Part shown: in pieces, positions 51,860 to 64,000 of the stretch
Position numbering within the stretch: the stretch's first letter is position 1
Layout of the letters: each line of letters opens with the position of its first letter
NCBI GenBank assembly: GCA_001938485.1
Contig: MQRK01217620.1
Coordinates: 1 to 64,000, forward strand
DNA: 64,000 bases
Origin: Girardia tigrina
Taxonomy: Eukaryota
Direction of reading: 5' to 3'
The notes under the pieces: model-generated
Told to the model about the DNA's origin: nothing
What the model saw: only the letters and a program-made list of their open reading frames with translations
Databases searched by the model: none
Position numbers and translations under genes: made by a program

Positions 51860-52338
51860 TCTAAAGGATGATTTAACTCCAGAAGATATTGAAAATTTTA
51901 TTATTCATCTTAATGAACTTAAATTTGACATGAAAAAAATGGATTCGAAGATATTTTGAACTTAAATTTGTACAACTGGATGAAAAATCCAAGTATAGTA
52001 AATGTTAATGAAGACGGTGCAGTGTCAAGAAAAACTCTTAGAAATCAAATATTATGAAGAAAATAAACAGAATTTTGATAATGGGGACAAGGAAAACTCA
52101 TGGCGAAGTAAAAATGCCTCTCTTGTATCCAAATATGTGGAAACAAGTATTCAATATATCGATATTTTTTCTACCTCATCTAGTAGAATTATGCTTTATT
52201 GCTCGTAACAATATTATGACCAAAGAAATACACCACCTGAATATTTCTGAAAGAGGATACATTCGCTTAATTTTTACAAACATAAAACCAGATATTAAAT
52301 ATCTACATTCGAAGCATCAGCTTCAGAAATCCTATTAA
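51860..52338 (+). pseudogene. hAT Buster (SCAND3/ZBED-like) transposase C-terminal fragment
   Basis: HLNELKFDM, QEKLLEIK, YPNMWK, LNISERGYIRLIFTNIKPDI..KHQ. Confidence 0.75.
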
Positions 52339-52617
52339 TAATACAAATAGTTAATTACATTATTTTTTTTGTTAAAAATAATTTTGTTAAAATAAATTTT
52401 GTAAAAATAATTACATTGGAAATTATTTTTCTAGGTATTTCAAAGAAATAATAAATTAATACAGAAATATGTGTTTTATTATTACTTTTAAGTAAAGGAC
52501 GTGTGATACTGTGCATTATGTATATGACTTTTTAAAACATGCGAAAATAATGATTTGGCATAGTATTATTGGGTGAACTTTTATGAAAGAGAGATAAGTA
52601 CACCGAAATTATGCTGG

Positions 52618-53050
52618 TTACTTGAAAAAAGTTCGCTCACCAAACCATTTTTCGAATTTTGAAATTTTACCATTGAAATCAATTGATTTTTTATGTTCAC
52701 TTGACTGCCCTGTTGATTGGGTGATAATGTGATCTCTAAAACTTTTCGTTTCAGTTCGTTGACGCCTTGCTTTACCACTGAATTGTTCTTCATTTTCTGA
52801 CCACTGCGACTGAGATTCTTGTAGTATCATTTGAAAATTTTCTGTTGATCTGAGGTTCAATATTGCAGCAAAGGAATCAATCGCAGCGGCCTTTTCGGCA
52901 GTTTCATGTTGTTTCTTTTTCATACGATCTTTATATGCTGCGTACACGTTAAATCCTTTTGTTAAAAATTCCTCGCCAATGGAAAACGTACACAGGTCTG
53001 TTTAGTGCCCTCCAAAAATCCACTCACCGTGATCTAAGTGTCAACGGTAA
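52618..53050 (-). pseudogene. Probable hAT (ZMYM1/Tip100-like) transposase fragment
   Basis: QKDLNVYAAY..LRSTENF..KARRQR..FRDHIITQSTG resembles the region before the hATC domain. Confidence 0.45.
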
Positions 53051-54207
53051 TTTCTGCTGTTGTATACGACTTACAACAATTTCAATTTTAAATTAAAATA
53101 CAATATTCATTTAACGTAAAAAAACATTAACAAAAAACACATTACAAAAATCGATTAATTTTAAATGTTAAAGAAAACATTTGTTTTACTATGCTAATTT
53201 AATTAAATTACAAAATAAACGATTACGAAAACCATTATGGTGAAAACTCGAAAGTCCTTTGTCAACCTCTACCGCGCGTCACTATTGGCCGCGTTGTTTG
53301 TGTAAATATGAATAAATCTTTCGAATCGCTTCTCGTATTTTTTTCTCACCGCATCTTATCTAATTTTAGGATCAATATGCGATCATCTAGGCGATCGCAA
53401 ATACCTATATCTATGATTATCGGATTGCACTCCGGAAGTGCAAAGGTGAACTACGAAACTCAGTTAAATGAGTTGATATTTTCTTTGAGCTTTCAGTACC
53501 AACACGAATCCCAGAACACTTCACAATACCGAACAGTCGATCACGGACACGGTAGCTAAAACGACAGACTTGACCGAGTGGATCCGGACGAAACCACGGG
53601 CTTATCAAGTTATGGCATCACTAGTCGTGCGGGTTTACTAAAACTCAAACACGATATCTGCTATTCGAAAATCCTAACAATTGTTGGTAGACGTCTGAGT
53701 GATGGGAATTCTGGAATGGGAAGTCATGATCCACGAAGTGTATACAGCAACCAATTGTGCATTCATTGTTGTAATGTCTTAAACATGCTTAGGTTTAGAG
53801 AAGTCAGAGGTGCTACTACTAACGAATTTCAACAGAGAGGCGAAGCTTGCTTATCCAGGAAATTTTTCTTGTAGGCCTTCCCCTCACATTCCGCTAATTT
53901 CAAACTGAAAAATTTTGCCGCATTTTTTACAATGGGCGCTGTTTTTATCGTCTCATACTGGACTCAACCACGTTTGAAATGGCAATCCATCATTATCAAT
54001 CTTATTTAACCATTCTTGTTGAAAGGAGCTCCTTCTTGGTATGCTCATTTAAAATAGCATAAAAATGAGAAACAGCATTTTCAAAAATCAAGGGGTTAAG
54101 ATTAATGTGAAATGCACTGTAAAAAAACTTCCAAACCTAGTATCATTCCATACTGTATTCAACTTCTAATTAAATCAATGATTTATCTTTTTGCATTTAA
54201 TCGTGGA

Positions 54208-54621
54208 TTATCTAATTATTGGGTTACCCAATGACGGTGTGAATGGATGAAGCGTTTGAAAAATAAAGTTTATCGAATGTGATTTGTCGTTATATCTTTC
54301 GAATCTTTCACAGAATACTTTAACCATTTTTGTATCAATTTTTGAATTGATTGATTCACATTTCGTTTTGTAAACACCAATCTTATTGGAACAGTTCTCT
54401 CTAAAAGCATATTGCTTTCTATTTAAATCATTGTAAGTTTCATCCAAAACCGACATTCGTAGATCATACAGAAACACTATGCCGTTTATTTGATTATTTC
54501 TATTTAAATTTTGATCTAAAATCGATTCGAGTTTGATAATATCAACGAGTAGAATAGGTGTATCGAAAGTCTTATCATTCAATGCTTTTGCAATTTCAAC
54601 ATTTGCGGTTCCTCTCAACAT
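54208..54621 (-). other. 137-aa ORF with weak small-GTPase-like motifs
   Basis: NGIVFLYDL and GVYKTKCE resemble the beta4 and G4 regions of Ras/Rab folds. No P-loop seen. Confidence 0.25.
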
Positions 54622-56484
54622 CGTGACCAGCCCAACTCACCACCCAGAAAAGATTTCACCTTTTTTGATCAATTCAAAACGATATTAAGTTACGTACCAA
54701 CTTTATTTCAACAATCAAAAACTCCGTCGTTTTTACAAGTTCATCAATTTACTCAACAAAACAAAACTAAAGGTCATTCTTACAATTATCAAAAATATTA
54801 CAATTAACATTTTTTTAAACAGGATTTTTCCAGAACCGAACAATTTTTTACAATTATAAAATTTTTCCTTTTTAAAAAAACCAATTACAAAATTTTATAA
54901 ATATATAAGTAATTTTTGTCCCTTTAATTTTTAAATTTAAAAAAAATTAAATATATATATTTTCTTTATCAATTTGTAACAATTATTGCATTATTTTAAA
55001 GAGTGGTAAAATAAAAGGGTTGAAAGAAAAGAAAAAAAATATATCTAGCGGTGAGGTTGATTCCTACATTAAAGTATATTTTTTTTATTTAGAAAAAAAA
55101 GAATGACGATTATCTGAATAATATAAATTCGTGCTTTATAATAAAAAAGAGCATTTACATCAATACTCAATTTTCAAAAAAGAAAATTTTTTTATTTATT
55201 ATTTTACATACCTTTTTGTCATTTTTTTAGATCCTGAATGTATGGAATTAGAGTTGCCGGTAATTCAAATTGAATAAAATTATTAATATTTGAACAAAAT
55301 ATTTCTTTTATATAAAATTCCAAATTATTAATGTGTATTTTATTAAAATCAAGAATTTTATTGAATAGAAAAGATTTAATAGAAATAAAGTCGTAGTATA
55401 TTTAGTAAATTTTTATTATTGAAAATTTTTGGAAAATATTTCGGAAGAGGGGTTTGATACCCTATTCCCCTCCACTTAGCTACGCCCTGTTAAGAACGAT
55501 CCGAATCATTGCTCAGAATTGTTACTTGTAAACAATTTTCAATTTTGAAGAAACTGTATAAAGCAAATTAACAAAATTGCTTGTTCATGAATTTCAATTA
55601 AATAATTTTTTGTGAGAAACTTTGTTTAGAAAAAATTGAGCCGAATAAAAACAAAGTCAAGGATAAATAAAAAGGGCGCAGTATTACACCGAATTCCTTG
55701 ACTCTACTACCACTAATAAGTCTCTGGGGTAATTTGGAGACTGCCGGAACAACTAACGTTTTAAAAATAGAATAATAAATTAAAAAACTTCTTCGATCGG
55801 TTACTTTTTATCGTAAGACATACCAGATTAGTTATTAAATTATATAAATTAATAAACTTAAAAATTACTGTTTGGATTATTAATGATTAGCGAATTTGTT
55901 TTTTTTTATAAAATGATTTTAAGAAAAAATCAATTTTATAATATAAATTTGATTGAACAATAACATAAAAATTAAAAAATCTTTTACAAAAACTTTTATT
56001 GATTTTAATCATTTAAATGATTATGTCAAATTCAGATGCAAATACATGTTATTAAGAAATAAATGATTTTTTCAAAGAAATTACTGGGAAATAAATTAAT
56101 TTTCGTACGGATTAAATATTTGCGAGACATTTAGTTTGATTGAATTAGTGAATTGCTTCGAATTCAATCATTTAAAAATTCTTCTACTAGTATATCAGTT
56201 TATTTAACGATCATTCGGTGATTTCCCGTCTTACAATTTATCTCATTCTGTTTTATGGGTGGTTGAAATAATTTACATCTTGATCGAACTTAAGCAGAAT
56301 TAATTAAAGAAATATGTTTTTAAAAATAAATTAAATAAAGTAATTAATTAGAAATTTTAGTTAAGTTAAAAATTTAAGTAAAATCAAAATTTAAATTTCT
56401 AAGGTAAATACTTCCAAGAAAACACATTTTTTTAGTATGAAGAAAAAATATGTAAATATATATATATAAAAATGTGTTATATAT

Positions 56485-57632
56485 TGTTGGGGTTAAAATT
56501 GTCAATTTTACTTGAAAATATAAAGGAATAAATAAATTAACGTACTTGCGTCATAATAAGTAAATTAATCATAATGGATTCGAGGAACACGAGAACGAAC
56601 TAAATCCCATGTTGTTCTTCGTGGTTTTCGGAGAGTCCTGGTCATTTTTGGAGTGGTTGAAATTAGGTTAATAATTTAAATTAATAATAATATAAAAAAA
56701 AATATAATAATTAAAATAATTGACGTTTTACCCACTCCTGGGGTATCCTCGGGAATGGAGCATAACCAATGTTCCATTCCTCCAGACATTCCCGGAGTCG
56801 GGCATATCCCACCTACCTGAATTCAAAAAAAAATAAATGGAGAAAATTTGTTAGGCCAATTGGCCTATGAGTCTATCCTCCAATAGGAAGGATAGACATT
56901 GCTCGATTTAATCTGACGTTAATGGGCATTGGACTCCCATTAGCGTCAGTTGGTGACAAGATTAACGGGTTTTTGCCCGATCGTGTTTTTGGGGAAATTA
57001 ATTCCCTGATGTTGATTTAATCTGACGGTAATGGGCCTTGGTCTCCCATTAGCGTCAGTTAGAGAATAGATTAATGGGCTGTTGCCCGATTTTAAAAAAA
57101 AATTTTGAAAAATAAAAAAAAAATTATTTTTATTTATAATTAATTTAATATATATTTTTATATAGCCCAACAGTATATAAGGGCAAAAGAATCTTTTAGA
57201 TTCACACAAAAAATTTTATTTTAAAATCTCGAGAAATCTTGGAGAAACAATTTGGAAGAATTAAATTTCTTTTCAAAAATAATTATTTGGAAGAGTTAGT
57301 CTGATCCAAAGTAACCTGAAATAGGAGAAGGAATCAGACTCTTGGAGAAATAATTATTGTTTGATTGCAACTGAGCTGGGGTAACCTGGAATAGGTGAAG
57401 CTCTTTGTGCATTTTAATTTTAAGAATCTCGCCTCCAATCAATAGTTGAAATTGTACAAGTTGTTATTTAAGCGATTGTAATTGTTTGAATCAATAAAGA
57501 TTTACAAAGAATTTTGTGTTGATCAAAGTTGTTTTCGAACCCAAACTTTTATCTGGGAATTCGGTAGCGGTGAACACCACTAAAAATCCTTCTGATAAAT
57601 TTAAGTTTCATTGGCTTTGTGCTCAAATCTCG

Positions 57633-57635
<3 letters not shown>
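56485..57635 (+). mobile_element. 1.15-kb solo LTR
   Basis: TGTTGG...CTCGACA ends; TSD ATAT (56481-56484, 57636-57639); TATATAAG at ~57174; AATAAA at ~57494; internal direct repeats (~56905-56990 and ~57015-57090). Confidence 0.75.
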
Positions 57636-57663
<28 letters not shown>

Positions 57664-58225
57664 CATGTAAAGTTAGTTGTTTAAATAATAGGGGAATCAC
57701 CGCACAATTTTTTAAAAATAAATTATTACGTTTTCGATTGTTGGACTCAAATGAAATTGTTCGAAACAGAATTTATGATTAAAGAATCCGTTAAATCGGA
57801 TAATTTTGAAATGGGATTAAACCGAATTCATTGATCGATTTTTAATTCAGTCTGCTTGATTGTGCTCCGATACAAGACGGAAGAGGTGAGTATCATTCAT
57901 TTAAGGATCTGCTTGGCGAAGGCGCTACACCGAAAAAAATTGTATTGATGCGACCTATCCAGATTGACCAAGACCTTAAGTGGATTCACTCCGGTTCGTC
58001 CGCAATTTCACATCGAAAAGTGTGACCGACAAACAAACAAACGCACTTTTTAGACAAATATTATACATATTTTTTATACATATTTGCACCTGAATTTGAC
58101 ATAATCATTTAAATGATTAAAATCAATAAACATATAATTGGAATTACACATGTGTGCAAATTTAAAGCCAAATCGAACTACAAAAAGCCGATGAAAATCG
58201 TTTAACAAGATTTGTGGTACACATA

Positions 58226-59484
58226 TTGGTTTGGCCAAAAGTCATTGCATTTTTGAGTACGTCCTAATAAAAAGCTTGAAAATATAAAACGATGTGATAA
58301 AATTTATATTCAATTATATATTCTGAAAACTTAATTTTCAGACTATGTTTATACAAAATATTAATTGATTTTGATTTAATTTCTTACTTTACCGTCAATT
58401 TGAAATGGAAAATCAAAATGAGCATATTCGTCATGTTTTGTTGCATTATTTTCGCAAAGGGAAAACCGCTGTGCAAGAAGATATGTTTTGTATGTGGTAG
58501 TGACTCCTTAAAACTTCGACAGTGTCAATACTGGTTTTCTAAATTTCGTTCTGAAAAATTTCATCTGAAAGATGCACCACGCTCTGGTCGACCAGTTGAA
58601 GTCCATGGCGACAAAATAACAGCACTGATCAAATCTAATCCACATATGACGACAAGAGAAGTTGCAGAGACTCTGGAAATATCAAAATCAAGTGTTGGAA
58701 GTCATTTAAAGAAACTTGGATTCGTCAGTAAACTCAATATGTGGTTACCACATGAACTGAAAGAAATTCATTTGGTGAAACATTTGCGATTCCCTTTTGA
58801 AGCGAGAACAAAGTGATCCATTTTTGAAGCGCTTGATTACGAAAAATGGATTGTCTACAACAATGTGGAACGCCGACGATCATGGACTAAACATGGCGAG
58901 CCTACCAAAACGATCCAAAAAGCAGAAATTCACCAAAAGAAGGTTATTCTTTGCGTCTGGTGGGATTTTAAAGGAATTGTGTTTTTTGAACTCCTTCCAA
59001 GGAATGAAACCATCAATTCAGACAGATATTGTGGTCAGCTGGAGAAATTGGCTCATTCAATTCAACAGGAACGTCCTGAATTGGCAAATCGAAAAGGAGT
59101 TGTTATTCAGCATGATAACGCAAGACCGCATACAAGTTTGACCACTCGCCAGAAACTCTTATCACTGGGTTGGGAGGTTTTACTGCACCAACTGTATTAT
59201 CAAGACTTGGGCCTATCGGGATTTTACTTATTTAGATCACTGCAGAATTCCTTAAACATAAAAACATTCGCCAGTGATGATGACATTATATCGTTCCTAG
59301 ACGGCTTTTTTGCTGACAAAGGCAAAGGTTTTTATGAATCAGGAATAATGAAGCTACCGGAAAAGTGGAAGAAAGTGATTAAAAATAATGGACAGTATAT
59401 CATGTAAAAATATTTGTGCATCCATGTCATTTTTTGATAATAAATATTTTAGTAAAAAACGCAATGACTTTTTGGCCAACCCAA
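58226..59484 (+). mobile_element. Full-length but frameshifted mariner transposon
   Basis: TIRs TTGGTTTGGCCAAAAGTCATTGC / GCAATGACTTTTTGGCCAACCCAA; TA TSD. Confidence 0.95.
58405..59407 (+). pseudogene. mariner transposase, disrupted
   Basis: DAPRSGRP, WLPHEL, KVILCVWWD, HDNARPH; degenerate YSPDL motif; frameshifts. Confidence 0.92.
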
Positions 59485-60691
59485 TAGTATGCTACATAAA
59501 TCAGTTTTCTAATTCATAAAAATTGAGAAAATATTCATTTGACATGAAGACGCTGCGTATTCCATTGTATTATGATAAGCAATGCTAAAAAAGGCTCTAG
59601 AAACAGTTGGGGCAATGTAAACCGGTAGATCTGAAGTTTCATGTAGCTCTCATAAAAAACATCAATGTTAAGTTAAATAGTTTCAAGTGATATTTTAGGA
59701 GGATTTCAAGTTTACCAATGAGAGATGAACCAAACATCGAAGCATCGAGAAAGATATAAAACATCAATTGCACTGCAATAAAACTGCGATGAAGATATGA
59801 GATATCTACATTCCATTGTAATCCAAAATGTTTCTTTTAAATTCTTCGTATAAAGAATTTTCAAATACTGTAAAAGGTTGACTGGATGTCATAAAGATGA
59901 ATGGACTCAATTATCGATTAGAATATTAAGTGATTATAGAGAATAATAAGAATAATGACGTTAGGAAAAATGAAAAATTAAGATGCAGTTAAACTGTTCT
60001 GTCGTACAGCACGAAGATAATATTAAGTCGTATGGATAAATGACAGAGGAATTCGAGTGAATCAAAAATATCTTAATCTAACGTAATTATCTCTAAATAA
60101 TTTTCATTTCCTCAGAAAAATGGAAATAGGTTACCACAAAGAATGTATAAAACAAAAATAAAACGCAAAAACATGTTTGGCAATACTGAGATTCGTTTAC
60201 TCTAAAAGTCAATGAATAACATAAATTAACAGAAGGCACAATACACAGTCAGAAATATTAGAAATTATTTGTTTATGAAGAAGAAAAAACGTAAATTATA
60301 AATCATAGCAACTTCTAAAAAGATTGTTAACTAATGAGTTTCTGTACGAATTTCTAAAAAGGAAACACAATGCGGGGGTTAGAAGTATGGAAGTCTACTT
60401 TGTCATTTCATTAAGAAAAATATGATCAATCATTTATCATTTACACGATGGAAAAAAATCCCGCTTCAATTCAGTTTTCCCGTATTTCCCGCTGTTTTAC
60501 AAAATTGCCCGCAATGCGGGATTTCTCGCACGGTCTGACATCACTGATTGTGTGGAAATATAGTCTTATTTTTAATGTACGATCACGATGGACGTTTTTG
60601 CAACATCATTTTTTAACGATAGACCACTCTAAAATATTTAAAGTTTAATATCGACTCACTGTTGATAATTTTGTTGGGGTTATGTTTATAT

Positions 60692-61030
60692 TTATCCAAT
60701 GTGTAATATTTCTAGAGACACTGTTTTTTTACGTACGGACGGTGTTTGGTATTTTATTTGTGTGTACACAATGCTCACCATTTTTCTTTGGATGCTGGAG
60801 TGGAAGCCGTGTCTCATTGTTATGGATTTGCCTATTTGGGCCGATTCCATAAATTCTTTTTGAATTTTATCTTTTATAGCTTTTATAAATTCAAAATCAG
60901 ACATCACTGACTTTTCGAATTCTCGTTTTTTAGTGAACCATTCAATTTCAGCTTCATTTGAAGTCAGTGGTGGCAGTAAATACGGCAATATTTTATCGAA
61001 AATCAAATTCGGCTTTTCATAAATATCCAA
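60692..61030 (-). other. 112-aa ORF, possible degenerate R3H-like gene fragment
   Basis: Protein-like composition. FHSSIQRKMV resembles the R3H helix but the His is missing. Confidence 0.25.
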
Positions 61031-64000
61031 AATTCAAATCAGAGTTGACAAACACAACTCAAAAATAGGAATCAAAATTACCATCAAATTTGAATAGAGC
61101 AAGAATGAACTAATTTTTTAAACATTTTTTATTGGTTGAAAACATTTTTTACACATTAATTCAAATTTAAATGAAGACTGTTTTCTCCATATGTTTTATT
61201 TTATTCACAACTTTTGCATCACAAAAACCAACACAACATCTAACGCAATTAAGTTTCATTTACCATTTTCATTTACAAGTTTCACCAATCAAACACATTG
61301 TTTTGTTTTACACACACTGCCAACCTCAACACACATTTTTTTCACACGCATACAAGATTCAAATATTGAGACAAAGATATTCAATCCTCAATCAATATAT
61401 TCGACCAATTCAATTTTTTCCCTCTCCTGTGATAATAATTCACATATTAAATCATTTTCAAATTCAAATTCGCATTCCGATCACTATTTTATTTAACTTA
61501 ATTATTTTTAATTTTACATAGTAATTTATTTTATCTTTTCTTTTTTAATCTGTTTTTTTTAATTTAATTATTTTAATTTTATTTAATTTATTTATTTTAA
61601 ATTTAAAACTGGTAAAATGTTCGGTCAAAGCGATTAATTTCCGCTCCAGATGTGTTCACTTTATTTTATTTTTTGTGTGTTTTAGCGTTTATTGTGGTTT
61701 TCCGCATGGGTTGATTTTATAGTCAATGAATATTTTTTTATCTAGTTCACATTATTTGTATTATGATTGTCTATGTTATTATTTTTATTTTTATCGTAAA
61801 CGTGATTTTTTACGGAAAATCAGTTGTGCTTCAGAACTGAGTTTTTAGCTATTTGAGATAAAAATAAAGAGACTTCTCACCCAAGTCTCTCAAATTAACA
61901 GGACAAAAGGCGACAAAGAAAATACCGAGTCGATCGAAACATTTCGTGCGAATAATGAGAAATAATTGGATTTATGAAATACTCCCAAAAACAAATAAGC
62001 ATCGAAAGTAATGCCTAACAACCCATTAAAGAAATTGAATATCAAATAATCAATAAATCAAATTACAATTAACATAACTATTTACCAATGATGAATTTAG
62101 TTTTATGTATGCAATGTACGTTATTGTTTTTTTCTTTATTGAAAAGATGATTAAAAAAGAGAGTTGATTCTAGTTTTTTATTTTTAACTAATTGTTCCAG
62201 TTTATTTATTTTTCATTAACTAGGTTCATCAAGACACAGACCTTTGCTTTTGATAAGCTTAGTTAGCCTTATTATAAATTTTATCTCTCATAGTAAAAAT
62301 AACAAATCAACACATTAGTTGTTAGATTATTCATTTGTAATTTTTACACAATGTTTATATTTTTAAATATTATGTTTATTTTTACTTTTTTATTATTAAA
62401 TGTTTTATTAATGGAAATATGTTATGAGAATTATTTTTATCTCGGATTATTATTTATTTCATTATGTACAGCTATATAACACAAGTTTGTTGTAAAAACA
62501 TATATTACCCTTTATATTGTATCAGTAAATAAATAATTAAATCTTATATAAAAAATTATTTATATTTTACGTAATATCTTTACAAAATATAACCTCGTGA
62601 GAATATTACGTTTGAATAATTTCTTATTTGCGTGGAGTGCGTGGCCGCTCTTTTTCTCATTGTTGAGTTCTGTGTGGTCTTCATTGTTGTTTGAAATTTC
62701 GCTGTACGATCTGAGCGTTATATTTTTCTATATAATGACTTGCATGGAGTCGTACAACTGCTATTATTTTATATTATTACAGCTTCTGCTTTCCAAGCAT
62801 ACGTATTTGAAGAAAGCCGGTACTCAAGATTTCACGTCGAATTATTTGTAAAGTTTCCTTCTTTCGAAATTGGGTTTCATAGTAGATATATTCAATTTAC
62901 GGATTGTTAAAATTTAAACTCATCGTATTACATTAAATCAAATTCGGCGACATTTTTCTTGAGAAAAATTTGAATTGATGGCTTATTTGGTTAAGAAAAT
63001 TTATTTTCGGTTAGATTTAGTTTTCTACTGTCCATAAAATCTTAATTTTAACTTTTATATTTTAAATCATATCAAATTAAAATTACTATTCGTTATTATA
63101 ATTAAAATAATAGGTTTTATTTATCATACAAATTTAAATCAAGGTGGTTTTCAAACGGTGACTTGTCAACCATTCTTAGTGTAACATTGCGTATTAGGAC
63201 TATGTATTATATTTTGGAGAAATCTTGTAATTGTTGTATATATTAAATATATTATAAAATTAAGTCTTTGGTGTTGTCATTTGTTATCAAAAAAGATTTT
63301 AAGCTAATGTATTAAATTTTTATTAAACCCTTGTGTAGTCGAATTGAAAGTTTGGGATTCATTTTATTAAGCAGGTGAGTGCAATCATGTGAGGACGAAT
63401 AAATTAAATAACTTCATAAAGTCTAAAATAAATTGAATTAAAAATTTATTGAAGATTTAAAGTTAAATCTTCTTTTGTTGAATATAAATATCAAGAGTTG
63501 CGTAGATGAAATAAATCCATTCAACCCAAACCCAACAATTTAATGGCGAATCGAATTCACCCTTACCAAAAATTGTGTTCTTATTGTCTTTAAAATAGGA
63601 TAGGAGACAATCCAAATGTTTAATGGAACATAAATGTTATTAACATTGAGTACTCATTGCCGTAGATTGCAGAATTCGTCTTGTGGTGCCCTAACGTTTT
63701 AGGACATTGGCTTCCAAAATTCGATAATCTATGTTTGTCATGGTTTATAAAGCAGTCAGATTAGCAAAATATTGAGTTATGAATAGGGTAACTGTTTACG
63801 TTTAATTTTTTACAGTCAATTTTTTTCATAATTTGTCAGTTGTCTGTTTTTCTACATTAAATCATATTTTTTGGATTTATGTCATTTAACTATCAAATAA
63901 ATATATTTTTAATTTAATAAAATAATTTTTCAGAAATTAACATTTAACTTTAAAAAAGTAAATGTTAAATTAAATTGCATGAAGATTTTTCATAAGTTTT

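Noticed and set aside
57664-58223. Helitron-like non-autonomous repeat
   Set aside because: Only a short CAAA repeat suggested it. No convincing hairpin-CTRR terminus was found.

Overview
Very AT-rich animal genomic DNA with assembly gaps. Composition, ~50-nt introns and the mariner types are compatible with a planarian-like invertebrate, but that is inference only. The only clearly intact host coding piece is the terminal exon of a PP2A B56 (PPP2R5-family) gene at 9241-9361. The rest is a nested transposon graveyard: Buster-type and Blackjack-type hATs, piggyBac (plus a MITE), mariner/Tc1 elements, a MULE, a Ty3/Gypsy pol with its 3' LTR, a deleted BEL/Pao element, a Penelope fragment with a hammerhead ribozyme, and a decayed Polinton/Maverick virion module (penton, core protein, major capsid, adenain). 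It also holds degenerate fragments of housekeeping genes (TECPR2, PSMC2, RRM1). The most notable structure is a family of five long TG...CA solo-LTR-like elements (E1 11912-16530, E2 17257-20440, E3 29336-31415, E4 ~32570-34562, E5 ~40040-41501 inverted). The three complete copies are 2-3 kb net of nested insertions and have 4-bp TSDs. Collectively they show: (i) an antisense array of ~110-117-nt exons separated by ~50-nt GT-AG introns upstream of a TATA box (E1, E2, E5, diverged in E3); (ii) a conserved sense small ORF with an IIDxxSI motif (E1, E2, E4, E5); (iii) a covarying structured RNA with an H-type pseudoknot at the 3' end (E1-E4). All identifications are by eye; no searches were run.
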